From positions 544,001 through 608,000 of the forward strand of contig CBDDEL010000016.1 of NCBI GenBank assembly GCA_965226885.1: a stretch of 64,000 nt of DNA, written 5' to 3'. Position 1 is the stretch's first letter; each line of letters opens with the position of its first letter. The notes beneath the pieces are model-generated. The model had not been told where the DNA came from. It did no database searches and saw only the letters and a program-made list of their open reading frames with translations. The position numbers and the translations under genes were made by a program. This document shows positions 52,938 to 62,572 of this stretch, one piece after another. The stretch comes from Opitutales bacterium. Lineage in GTDB: Bacteria > Verrucomicrobiota > Verrucomicrobiia > Opitutales > UBA2987.

Positions 52938-53248
52938 ATGGAGAATCGAAGCATGGGAAGAAGACGCTTTAGTATAGAGTTCAAAAATGAGGCAGTTCAA
53001 CTGATGATACTCGATGGTCTGAGCGCCACCGAGGTATCGACCAAACTTGGGGTCAACACCAACCAATTGTATAGGTGGAAGAGGCTCTATCTGGACGATC
53101 AGCAGGGCGAAGCCACCTCAAAGCGACAGAGCAGTCCGAAGGAGATGGCGGCCGAGATAGATCGTCTTCGCAAAGAGCTGCGCCGCTCGGAGCGGATCAA
53201 CCAGATACTAAAAAAACGGTGGGCTACTTTGCCAAGGACGAACAATGA
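52938..53248 (+). pseudogene. IS3-family OrfA with 1-bp homopolymer deletion
   Basis: ILKK then out of frame. Confidence 0.7.
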
Positions 53249-54162
53249 AGTACCAGTTTGTCAAAGACAACGAGGGGCGCTTCAAGATCGAGGAAATATG
53301 CTCGGCGATGGGGATTTGTCGCAGTGGCTATTACTGCTGGAGGCACCGAGCGCCCTCGGCCCGGCGGATCGAGGACGAGGGAATCAAGGGGGCGATCCTG
53401 AAGGTACACAAAGAGGCCAAGGGCCGCTATGGGCATCGGCCAATGCACCGCCATCTGAAGGATGATGAGGGCATCGATTGCGGCCGTGACCGGGCTCTGC
53501 GTCTGATGCGTGAAATGGGAATCAAAAGCACCCAGAGTAAACGCTTTAAGCCATTAAAAACCAACAGTAACCATCCCTATGGTTACAGCCCCAATGTGCT
53601 TAAAAAGCATGGCCAGCCGACCCATATCGACGAGGTCTGGGTGGCGGACACGACCTACCTACGGACCCTGGCCGGTTGGATGTACTTGGCCACGGTGATG
53701 GACCTGTTCAGCCGACGCCTGCTGGGCTGGAGCGTTTCCAACCACAACGACGCGAAGCTGGTTGGCAAGGCCCTCAAAGCCGCGGCCATGACCCGCGGCA
53801 CACTGCGCACCGGGATTATTCATCACAGCGATCGGGGCAGCCCCTACGCCAGCGACGACTATCAGAGGCTGGTCTCTGAACTAGGCATGAAGCCGAGCAT
53901 GAGCGCCCAAGGCAACTGCTACGACAACGCGGCCATGGAATCGTTCTACGGCCGCTTCAAGACCAGCACGATTCGAGGCCGCCACTTTGCCGACGAGCGC
54001 GAACTGCGATCAACTGTCTTCGAATACGTGGAAATCTTCTACAACCGATATCGCAAACATTCCTCTCTGAGTTACCAAAGCCCAGTCCAATTCGAGGAAA
54101 ATATTTGCCCCCCATGGGGGGCAACGAGAAAACAAAACCCTTTACCAAAACAAGCCGCCTGA
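53245..54162 (+). CDS. IS3-family OrfB DDE transposase
   Basis: As 366-1283. Confidence 0.92.
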   Translation: MKYQFVKDNEGRFKIEEICSAMGICRSGYYCWRHRAPSARRIEDEGIKGAILKVHKEAKGRYGHRPMHRHLKDDEGIDCGRDRALRLMREMGIKSTQSKRFKPLKTNSNHPYGYSPNVLKKHGQPTHIDEVWVADTTYLRTLAGWMYLATVMDLFSRRLLGWSVSNHNDAKLVGKALKAAAMTRGTLRTGIIHHSDRGSPYASDDYQRLVSELGMKPSMSAQGNCYDNAAMESFYGRFKTSTIRGRHFADERELRSTVFEYVEIFYNRYRKHSSLSYQSPVQFEENICPPWGATRKQNPLPKQAA

Positions 54163-54279
54163 CACACTAATCAATAAACAATGAATATAAGAGAATCCCG
54201 TGTCCAACAAATCCAGTGCACATCAGGGGATCATAAAGGATTGCCCTTCCAAATGGATGCGGATTAGTTTCCTTTCCAG

Positions 54280-55203
54280 ATGAGTTTTGACTCAAAATTG
54301 ATTAGAAAAAAGGATTCCAAGTTCGGGCGAGTATTAGCGACAGTCTTGTTGGGCTTTATAGTTGTTTTCTTCATCTACCCTTCCCAGGCCCAAAAATATG
54401 AAGAAAAGCCGAAATCAACCACAACAGCGAGTGCACCTCCTGAGTTCAATAAGTCCTGGATTGTTCCGGACTTGGGCCTGGAAATGGCCTGGATCGAGCC
54501 GGGGAGCTTTACGATGGGCAGTCCGGCCAGCGAGAAGAATCGGGATGATGATGAGCGTCAGCACCAAGTGAGTCTGACGAAGGGATTTTGGCTGGGAAAG
54601 TATGAGGTGACCCAGGGAGAGTGGGAGACATTGATGGGGAACAACCCGAGTCGCTTTTTTAAGAGTGCGGAAAAGCGGGCGCCTGTGGAGGGGGTGAGTT
54701 GGGAGGAGGCGATGGCCTTTTGCCGCAAACTGACGGAGCGCGAGCGCAGTGCCGGGCGACTGCCGCGCGGGTATGAATACAGCCTACCGACGGAGGCGCA
54801 GTGGGAGTATGCCTGCCGTGCGGGGACGCGCAGCGCCTTCAGCTATGGGAGCAGTTTGAGTTCACGCCAGGCGAATTTCGAAGGCAATTATCCCTATGGG
54901 GGAGCGAGCAAGGGGCCGTATCTCAAAAAAACCGCCCCGGTGGGAAGTTATGCTTCCAATGATTGGGGCCTTTATGACATGCATGGAAACGTATGGGAAT
55001 GGTGTTATGATTGGAAAGGAAACTATACGATGGGGACAGCGACGGACCCGGCAGGACCTTCAAGCGGCTCGGCCCGCGTGGAACGCGGCGGCAGTTGGAA
55101 CGACTACGCGAGGAGCTGCCGTTCGGCTCTCCGCGGCAGCAGCACGCCAGGCGCTCGCAGCATCCTCCTCGGCTTCCGCCTGGCCCTCAGGGCCGTTCCT
55201 TAA
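54280..55203 (+). CDS. FGE-sulfatase (SUMF1) domain protein with N-terminal TM/signal
   Basis: FTMGSP, LPTEAQWEYACRAG, DMHGNVWEWC, RGGSW, GFRL. Confidence 0.92.
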   Translation: MSFDSKLIRKKDSKFGRVLATVLLGFIVVFFIYPSQAQKYEEKPKSTTTASAPPEFNKSWIVPDLGLEMAWIEPGSFTMGSPASEKNRDDDERQHQVSLTKGFWLGKYEVTQGEWETLMGNNPSRFFKSAEKRAPVEGVSWEEAMAFCRKLTERERSAGRLPRGYEYSLPTEAQWEYACRAGTRSAFSYGSSLSSRQANFEGNYPYGGASKGPYLKKTAPVGSYASNDWGLYDMHGNVWEWCYDWKGNYTMGTATDPAGPSSGSARVERGGSWNDYARSCRSALRGSSTPGARSILLGFRLALRAVP

Positions 55204-55232
55204 AAGGGGAGCTGCCGGGCGCTGGTTGGCTT

Positions 55233-55317
55233 GTTCCAAAAGAGTTTGTGGCGGTATAAGGGTTGAATGCCCAGAATGAACAAAAAGGGAAAAAGAACTC
55301 CTGATTTGGCACCCTTC
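55233..55317 (+). repeat. Dispersed ~85-bp element, copy A
   Basis: 73/85 ungapped identity with the reverse complement of 62082-62166. Confidence 0.85.
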
Positions 55318-55919
55318 GACAAACTTACTTGCAAAAATCGTTAAAGATTTTATGGTAACCAATCACGGCTGCGTCGACGCTGCCTAAAATATGTTCGGCT
55401 AGCAAAGAAGGCTCACATTGATGAAACGAAATGATCGGCGAGGTTACACTTTGGCCCGGTTGATTAAGAATCTAAGATATACCGTTAGCATGATCTTTTG
55501 CTTGCGGGGTGCATCCGTGTGCGTGGATCAAGCCACGGATGGGGAAGTCTCCGTCCTTGAGGTGCTTGCTCGGGTTCAAGCGCATGAGTTTCATCCGCTT
55601 GATGACGATCACGCCTTCACTCATGACAGAACCTTAAAACAGGGCGGGATCGCGGACCTTACAGATAGCGACTGGAGGGAGCGCCTATTGGCGGTAATGG
55701 ATCTGGTACGTAGTGAGATGGATGACGTTAACGAGATTGTAAAGGGGCTGACACACAACGATGAACACGTGCGTCAAGTGTGTGCCATGGCGCTTGGGAT
55801 TCTCAGGGCGCACACCGCAATTGGGCACTTGGAGGGTGTTGTTCGCGATGACGCGAATGCTATGGTGCGCTCACAAGCAGTTATTGCGCTTGGGCAGATT
55901 GAGTCAAAGGCCTCACTAG

Positions 55920-57486
55920 CCCGGATATTTCGTAAAAAAAGTATCGTTGATATGCTTAACTGCTGATATACAGCAGGATAGATCAATAATTAAAGCAATA
56001 TCAGCGATGACAAAAGGTAAACAATTAAAGCTACAGTTGACAAGGGTAAAAGGCCGCCGTGTGCGGGTTGATTTCAAGGGCGGAGAGGTTACTTCGGATG
56101 CCGGACTGCTTTTGATCCGGGAAGTGGATCGGCAGTTGGGCTTGACCGAACGAGCGGCCCGACAGTTAGTGGACAAACGGCAGAAGGGCAAAGTACGCCA
56201 TGAGGTCTTGGGGATGCTGCGGCAGCGCGTTTACGGGCTGGTGGCGGGCTATGAGGATTTGAACGACTTTGATACCCTGCGCCACGATCCATTGTTGCAA
56301 ACGGTAACGGGGCGCATTGAAACGTTGGCCAGCGCGCCGACTTTGTGTCGTTTTGAAAACGGGCAGGATCGGCGGGCGGCCTTTGCGGTAAACGAGCTGT
56401 TGGTCGAACAGTTCATGGGCTCCTTTGCCGAGGAACCCGAAGAGATCATCCTGGACTTTGACGCCACCGACAATCCGGTGCACGGGCTCCAGGAGGGACG
56501 TTTTTTCCACGGTTATTATGATCATTACTGTTTTCTGCCGCTATATGTTTTTTGCGGTGATCAGCTGCTGGTGGCCTACCTGCGGCCGAGCAAGATCGAT
56601 GCCAGCAAGCATGCCGGGGCCATCCTCAAATTGCTGGTTAAACGGATTCGCCAAAGCTGGCCCCGTACGCGGATTATTTGGCGCGCCGACAGTGGATTTT
56701 GTCGAGACCGGATACTCTCTTGGTGCGACCGCAACGAAGTTAGTTACATCGTGGGGATGGCTCGCAATGCACGCTTGCAGCAAGACGCCCAGCAGTTGCA
56801 AAAGCAGGCCAAAGAATGGTTCGAACTAAGGGGTAAAAAACAACGGTTATTCCAGGACTTCGTCTATGCTGCCGATTCGTGGCGATGGCTGCGGTTGGTC
56901 ATCCATAAAGCCGAACACACCGCACAGGGGTCCAACCCGCGCTTCGTGGTGACGAACCTGCCGGGCGATCCCCAGGAGCTTTACGACAAGGTATACTGTG
57001 GCCGCGGTGAAATGGAGAACCGAATCAAGGAACAGATGCAATTGTTCAGCGAGCGCACCAGCGCCCATCAATGGTGGGCCAATCAGTGCCGATTGCTCTT
57101 GTCGGCGCTGGCCTACACCTTGATGGAAGCCATGCGCCGGTTAGCCTTAAAAGGGACGAAGTGGGCGCGGGCCCAATGCCACACCCTGCGGCTCAAATTA
57201 ATCAAGATCGGAGCGGTCATCGTGCGCAACACCCGAACGATTCACTTTCACCTAAGTGAGAGTTATCCTTGGGCCAGTCTTTTCAACCATGCGGCCCGCC
57301 GATTGGTGCCAACCTAAAGGGTGCATTGGTGCTGCCCCCGGCACTACCGAACCAATGGGGGAAAGGGGGCAGTGTCTCTACACCCTGAAAAACACCTAAA
57401 AATCAAGACGATCTGCTCAAAATACAAAGAAATCCATCTCCAATAGCAATAACGAGCCAAACTTTACCCTTCATGAAATATCCGGG
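55920..57486 (+). mobile_element. IS1380 copy (1567 bp), TSD CTAG
   Basis: CCCGGATATTTCG...TGAAATATCCGGG flanked by CTAG. Confidence 0.96.
56007..57317 (+). CDS. IS1380-family transposase
   Basis: Intact copy. Confidence 0.93.
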   Translation: MTKGKQLKLQLTRVKGRRVRVDFKGGEVTSDAGLLLIREVDRQLGLTERAARQLVDKRQKGKVRHEVLGMLRQRVYGLVAGYEDLNDFDTLRHDPLLQTVTGRIETLASAPTLCRFENGQDRRAAFAVNELLVEQFMGSFAEEPEEIILDFDATDNPVHGLQEGRFFHGYYDHYCFLPLYVFCGDQLLVAYLRPSKIDASKHAGAILKLLVKRIRQSWPRTRIIWRADSGFCRDRILSWCDRNEVSYIVGMARNARLQQDAQQLQKQAKEWFELRGKKQRLFQDFVYAADSWRWLRLVIHKAEHTAQGSNPRFVVTNLPGDPQELYDKVYCGRGEMENRIKEQMQLFSERTSAHQWWANQCRLLLSALAYTLMEAMRRLALKGTKWARAQCHTLRLKLIKIGAVIVRNTRTIHFHLSESYPWASLFNHAARRLVPT

Positions 57487-58315
57487 CTAGCACTATTGCG
57501 TGAACGGTTGAAAGAGGATCCCTCCGGGGATGTGCAGCACCAATGCGAGCTAGCGATTGATCAGATTCAAAAACAAATGGGAACGACAAAAGAACAGTTG
57601 TCTGCATTCCGGGCTTTGGATGCATCGCGTTTCGAATCAGTGGAAGTAGGCAGAGCGGCACCAGATTTCGAACTGCAGGACACGGAAAGCAAGATGTGGA
57701 GGCTCAGTGATTTTCGGGAGAAGAAGTGGGTGGTATTGATCTGGATTTTCGCGGATTGGTGTCCGGTTTGTCACGGTGAGTTTCGTGAATTGATGAAAAT
57801 GCGGGCCGAGTTCGAGAAAGAGGGGGTGCAGGTCTTTACGATTGAGTGCCACGATCGCTATCGAGGGCGGGTCATGGTGGGAAAAGAACTGGATCCGACA
57901 TACTGGTTTGCAGAGCAGTCATTCCAGCAGGCTTATACTGAGCAGATTTGGTGGCCGCATTTGTTGGATCGAGCAGGCGCAGTAGGCGCGATCTACGGCG
58001 TGGACCCAATGGCATTCGCTGTTCACGCGGAGTATATCAATCGACCCGCCACAGTGATCGTGGATCCGGTTGGCGTAGTGCGGTTGGCTTATTACGGGAC
58101 CTACTGGGGAGACCGGCCAACGATTGAGCAAACGCTGGAAATGATTCGCGCCCGTCAATTTGAATTTGAGCATCCGAAACGCCTAAAACTGCCTGAGACA
58201 AAGTAAGCGTTTTTCGTCGCAGACCTCTATCTCAGTTACCCGACTTAAACAACAAACGCTGAATCGGATCCCCGGGACTGATTGAAGAAGCCAGCCACGT
58301 GTCCACAGCAACTTA

Positions 58316-59446
58316 TACCAAATCGCAAAAGGATTGATAAAGATTAAAAAACAGCTATAAAGGCGGAATGAGAAGATATATGGGAACCGATGAAGACCGT
58401 GAACGTATCAAGAAATTGCTCAACAAAGAGGCTGTCGGCTGGCGTAAAGAGCGTTTGGTGGCATTAAAAATGGGCTTCCAGCCGCACCACAGCATTGATG
58501 AAATTGGAGCCATCGTGGGCCGAGGCAAAGCGACGATCCAGCGTTGGTTTGACAAATATCGTGCTGCAGGGCTCGGGGCGGTGCTTACACGCGCCTACAA
58601 AGGCGGGATCAAAAGCCGTTGCGACAAAGAGGTGGAGGCCTTCTTGCTCAATGGTTTGAAGGTCGCGCGCTGGAACACAGCCGTTCAGGCGGGGCAAGAG
58701 CTGGAGCGACATTTCGGGCGCTCCTTCGCCTACAAGACGGTGTGGCGATGGCTAAAAAAATGCGCCGGGGTGCTTCGAGTCCCTCGCCCCGTGCATGAGA
58801 AACGGGACTCGGCAAAAGCGGAAGCGTTCAAGCGAGACTTTTTTAAGATCCTCCAGGAGCTTTCCCTCACCCGAGGCAATCGGGTTCGGGTGTGGTTTGC
58901 CGATGAAAGCCGTTTTGGTTTGCTTCCGGTGTACCGCCGGTGCTGGACGCAAAGAGGGCTTCGGCCGCACAAAAAATATCAGACAAGATACCAGTGGAGC
59001 TACTGTTACGAAGCCCTCGACGTGGTCAACGGCGAGATGGTATGCATCCAAACCCCTAGCACGAATCTACAGTGGACGGAGGCTTTCCTCCAACAGATCA
59101 AAAAGCAATATCCTGAGGAGGAACATGTGGTTGTATGGGACGGGGCAGGCTTCCATCCGCACGACTCGGAGCACCCCAACGTCCCCCCGGGCATACATAT
59201 CGTGAATTTGCCGCCGTATAGTCCTGAACTCAACCCGATTGAAAGACTTTGGGATATGATACAGGATCAAACGGCCAACAGACTGTGGCCGAGCATTGAG
59301 CGACTCGAAGAAGTCGTCGCAACCCATCTCAAAGACTGGTGGGAGGACACTGAAAAAGTCCTCTCTTTAGTTGGCGGAGGCTGGCAGCACATTCAAGCAA
59401 ACGCTTCTGCCAAATAACTTATTATCATACCTAATGAGATTTGGTA
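58316..59446 (+). mobile_element. IS630 copy 2 (1131 bp), flanked by TTA
   Basis: Same ends as 37177-38307. Confidence 0.95.
58368..59417 (+). CDS. IS630-family transposase
   Basis: DDE motifs as in copy 1. Confidence 0.94.
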   Translation: MRRYMGTDEDRERIKKLLNKEAVGWRKERLVALKMGFQPHHSIDEIGAIVGRGKATIQRWFDKYRAAGLGAVLTRAYKGGIKSRCDKEVEAFLLNGLKVARWNTAVQAGQELERHFGRSFAYKTVWRWLKKCAGVLRVPRPVHEKRDSAKAEAFKRDFFKILQELSLTRGNRVRVWFADESRFGLLPVYRRCWTQRGLRPHKKYQTRYQWSYCYEALDVVNGEMVCIQTPSTNLQWTEAFLQQIKKQYPEEEHVVVWDGAGFHPHDSEHPNVPPGIHIVNLPPYSPELNPIERLWDMIQDQTANRLWPSIERLEEVVATHLKDWWEDTEKVLSLVGGGWQHIQANASAK

Positions 59447-59465
59447 TTACCAGCTTTCAAATCAT

Positions 59466-59498
59466 CCTTAAACCGCCACAAATTCCCTTGGAACAAGC
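59466..59498 (-). repeat. Dispersed element, partial copy C
   Basis: GCTTGTTCCAAGGGAATTTGTGGCGGTTTAAGG matches the 5' part of copies A and B. Confidence 0.75.
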
Positions 59499-59530
59499 GC
59501 ACCTGCCCCTCGTCTGCGGGTTATCACATA

Positions 59531-60187
59531 TTATGGTTTCCGCACTCGACCCAGAACGAAAATCAAACCGAGTCCTGCCGAGAGCAAGCCCACTGTCTCC
59601 GGCTCGGGTATACCATGCACCGCGATAGAGTAGGTGCGCGGGTTATTGTCCCAGATAGTGTTCTGAAACTGCGTCCCTCCCAAGGCCGAGAGATCAGGGA
59701 TCGTCCCCATATAAGGGGCGAGGGTGGTTATTGGCTCCGACGGCCAATCATGGTTGTTAATCGTTCCAAAAACCGCGCCCGGAGAATCAAAGGCCACCGA
59801 AGGCACCGTGTTATTGGGATACCACCAGGAAATCAAATCGCCCGATTCAACCGGAATCTCGTTTGTCAGGGAAAAGGTGTTTAGCCCCAAGGACGCGACC
59901 GTCTCCAATTCACTGGAGCCGATGTGTTGCCATTCGCTTCCAAAATCCCGGTAGATCAGTAATTGAATCTGCCCGCCGCTTTGTTTCGCCCATATGCTCC
60001 ATGAGTCGATCGACCCGGTTACCGATATGGGCGCATTTAGATCGGTCCACAGGATGCCGTCCGCTCCGTCAACGAAGGCTCGATCAACGAGATCGTTTCC
60101 GCCGATTATGACTGCATGGACAGCCTGGGGACATATTGCCGCCATAACCACCGCCACCGTAAAAAACCAACGAATTATCACTTGCAC
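59531..60187 (-). CDS. PEP-CTERM sorting-domain surface protein
   Basis: AGGAG RBS then GTG; signal peptide ending QAVHA; C-terminus IPEPETVGLLSAGLGLIFVLGRVRKP. Confidence 0.88.
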   Translation of the reverse strand: MQVIIRWFFTVAVVMAAICPQAVHAVIIGGNDLVDRAFVDGADGILWTDLNAPISVTGSIDSWSIWAKQSGGQIQLLIYRDFGSEWQHIGSSELETVASLGLNTFSLTNEIPVESGDLISWWYPNNTVPSVAFDSPGAVFGTINNHDWPSEPITTLAPYMGTIPDLSALGGTQFQNTIWDNNPRTYSIAVHGIPEPETVGLLSAGLGLIFVLGRVRKP

Positions 60188-60202
60188 CGCACTCCTACTG
60201 TA

Positions 60203-62028
60203 GAGGCTGTCCCAAAAGGGTGATTTTTGCGAGGGCTTTTGATAGGCGCTCATTCTAGAGGTATTTGCATTTGGGAGAGTATCAACTTTGCTCTCCTATG
60301 ACGTTAGGATACTGGTTTTGGGGTCCGGTTGCCTGGTTTTCTTTGTATGAGCCGACAGTACGGCTGTGAAAAAGTATTGTCCTTGCTTTTCCGCTCTCTA
60401 GGCCGCCGCTTTGGTTTTTAGTTCGTCTTGCTGGGCCAGCATCTTGGCTACTTTCCATAGGTTGTGCGAGAGTACCGACCAGGCTACGCTGATCGAGCGG
60501 TTGGCAAAGCCTTTGCTGCGCAACCGCCCGGCCTGCCAGCGATTCTTCAATACCCCGATCCGCCCTTCGGTGCTGGCCCGGCGCTTTTGCAATTGTCTGA
60601 ACAGTGGTTCCTCCATCCGTTTTTTCAACTGCTTCGGATCGCGTGGACAGAGCGCGTCGTAGATTCCCTCCTGGGCTAACTGCCGGCGGGCCCGCTGGGA
60701 GGCAAATCCCCGGTCCGCGCACATGGCCGCTATGGGTTCTTCCAGGTTGAAGCGGTTCTGTCTTTGCAAACTCTCTTGCATTTGTTCATTTTCGCTTGGA
60801 GTTCGGCTGCCGTAGAGTTTCCAGTCCAGCAGGTACCCTTCAACGCTTTCTCCCAAAAACAGGGTGTTGCCGAACTCGACCTCTTGGCCCGCTTTACCTC
60901 GCACAATCACCTGCCCATCGAGTTCGTAAACACTCAAGACTTTCTCTGCGTTTTTCACCTGGCGGCCGCCAATGATCCGCTCGTGCGCCTGTTTGATGAC
61001 CACCGGGATTTGCTCGCTCATGCGCTCCATCCGGGCGAGGATCTGTTGGACCTGTTTTTCGCTGTAATCGCTTTGCTCCCAGCAGGCTTGCAATAATTCC
61101 CGGTGACTGCGGGCATGCTCCCCGATCCGTTTGAGCAGCTTTTTCATCTGCCTCAAGATACCCTTGCGCTGCCGCGCGCTGTCCTTTCGCCGCCGGCTGT
61201 GAGTCCTGTGAGTCATCTGTATGCACAGCCGATTCATCTGCCGAGCCAAGGGCTCCGGTTCGATCGGCATGCGATGGCGCAAACCGGCCTTCTCGCGGAT
61301 CAGCCGGATCGCTTTGAGCAACGTGCCGGCTACATCCTTGAGTAATACCCAGTCCGTCGGCCAATGAATGTTAGCCTCCAAACAGGTGCCGTCGATCAGG
61401 CAAATGGTGGTGTCAATCGGCTTGTCCAATCCCACCTGCCGGGCCAGAAGGGCATCGCCCACCACCTCAGTCAAGGTCCGGTGCAAGGCCCTCAACTGCT
61501 CTTCGCTGAAAAACTTCGAGGCCCGCTCCAGGGTGCTTTTGGAGATGCCCCTGATGCCATCGATCTGCCGGACACGGCAAAAGTCGGCCAACAGATCGCT
61601 GCTGCCCAGAGCCCGCGACAAATGCCGAAACGAAATCCCTCCGAGCAGACGGCCCAGCGTATCCATGCGCAGTGCCTTGATGGCAAAACTGGCCCGCTGC
61701 CGCCGGGCCTTTAGACCCATTGGCGGCCACCCCTCCAAGGCCAGCTCAATGGCCTGCGATTCCACCTCCGAGTCGATCAGCAGCCGATCGATTCGATCAA
61801 TGGTGGCGCGGAAGTTATCGTAATCGAGGCACCGGTCGACCACAGTTAAAGCTGGACGCAGGAGGCATTGGATGGCTATATTTTTCATAGAAAGGGCTAT
61901 ATTGATTTTCGCTAACTCAATTATAGAACCCTTTTTTGGCCGGATCGAGCAAAAACTTGCTCTTTCCGGCTCTTTTTATCAACGTCATCCAGTTGACTAT
62001 AAAATCTTTATATTTTTGGGACAGCCTC
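60203..62028 (-). mobile_element. IS5-like copy 5 (1826 bp)
   Basis: Both TIRs present; 9-bp in-frame duplication; flanks not duplicated. Confidence 0.94.
60398..61888 (-). CDS. IS5-family DDE transposase
   Basis: 496 aa (extra THR). Confidence 0.88.
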   Translation of the reverse strand: MKNIAIQCLLRPALTVVDRCLDYDNFRATIDRIDRLLIDSEVESQAIELALEGWPPMGLKARRQRASFAIKALRMDTLGRLLGGISFRHLSRALGSSDLLADFCRVRQIDGIRGISKSTLERASKFFSEEQLRALHRTLTEVVGDALLARQVGLDKPIDTTICLIDGTCLEANIHWPTDWVLLKDVAGTLLKAIRLIREKAGLRHRMPIEPEPLARQMNRLCIQMTHRTHSRRRKDSARQRKGILRQMKKLLKRIGEHARSHRELLQACWEQSDYSEKQVQQILARMERMSEQIPVVIKQAHERIIGGRQVKNAEKVLSVYELDGQVIVRGKAGQEVEFGNTLFLGESVEGYLLDWKLYGSRTPSENEQMQESLQRQNRFNLEEPIAAMCADRGFASQRARRQLAQEGIYDALCPRDPKQLKKRMEEPLFRQLQKRRASTEGRIGVLKNRWQAGRLRSKGFANRSISVAWSVLSHNLWKVAKMLAQQDELKTKAAA

Positions 62029-62081
62029 TATCTAATCCTAAATTGCAAGCTCGCACCCTCAAAAATCCAACAATGTTGGAT

Positions 62082-62166
62082 GAAGAGTGCCAATTTAGGG
62101 GTTCATTTCCCCCTTTTGTTCATTATGGGGATTCAACCCTTATACCGCCACAAATTCCCTTGGAAC
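62082..62166 (-). repeat. Dispersed ~85-bp element, copy B
   Basis: See copy A. Confidence 0.85.
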
Positions 62167-62194
62167 TTGTCTAGATTTCCTATGGCTCCTGTCT

Positions 62195-62422
62195 TTATTT
62201 CCGCAATTCCCGGCAGAGGCCATAGGAAAGGCCCGCAGTCAGCAGGCATGCCAAAATACTGGCCCAATTGGGGAAAAGCATTCCGTTTAGGTGGATTTCC
62301 CAACCAAAAACAAGGCGGAGGAAGTGGACCAGAAAGACCAAGGCAAATATGACCACCGCTATTTGAGAAAACGGTCTTTTCGCAGGTGCAGTTTTGTCAT
62401 TCATTTCTTTCAACTCACCCAT
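62195..62422 (-). CDS. Small two-TM membrane protein
   Basis: IAVVIFALVFLVHFLRLVFGWEI...P.WAS hydrophobic pattern. Confidence 0.7.
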   Translation of the reverse strand: MGELKEMNDKTAPAKRPFSQIAVVIFALVFLVHFLRLVFGWEIHLNGMLFPNWASILACLLTAGLSYGLCRELRK

Positions 62423-62572
62423 TACCTGAAATTATCGGCAATTCAATAAGCTTTGGCAATTTTTTCTGATATCTGCCGGTCAATTACTGCCCTTCCGCCC
62501 TCTTTGGACAAGATCGGGGGGTAGCCGTCCCATGCATGCATTGTTTGCAGCTTCTTTCTATTACAGGCACCA

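Larger units (their letters stand above)
52899..54225 (+). mobile_element. IS3-A copy 5 (1327 bp)
   Basis: Both ends present, no TSD; A7 instead of A8 in orfA; right end CCAGTGCACATCA. Confidence 0.94.
55418..58206 (+). pseudogene. HEAT-repeat + AhpC/TSA redoxin-domain protein split by IS1380
   Basis: Removing the IS and one CTAG gives ...ESKASLALLRERLKED in frame; HEAT repeats; APDFEL...WCPVC. Confidence 0.9.

Noticed and set aside
55243..55280. Dispersed element as a XerCD dif/pdif site or sigma54 promoter
   Set aside because: GGCGGTATAA resembles a XerC arm but no TTATGTTAAAT-like XerD arm follows; TGGCAC is not followed by TTGC at the required spacing
60188..60253. N-terminal extension of the PEP-CTERM ORF in the ORF track
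   Set aside because: Mostly derived from the IS5 end; the native RBS and GTG start lie downstream of the IS
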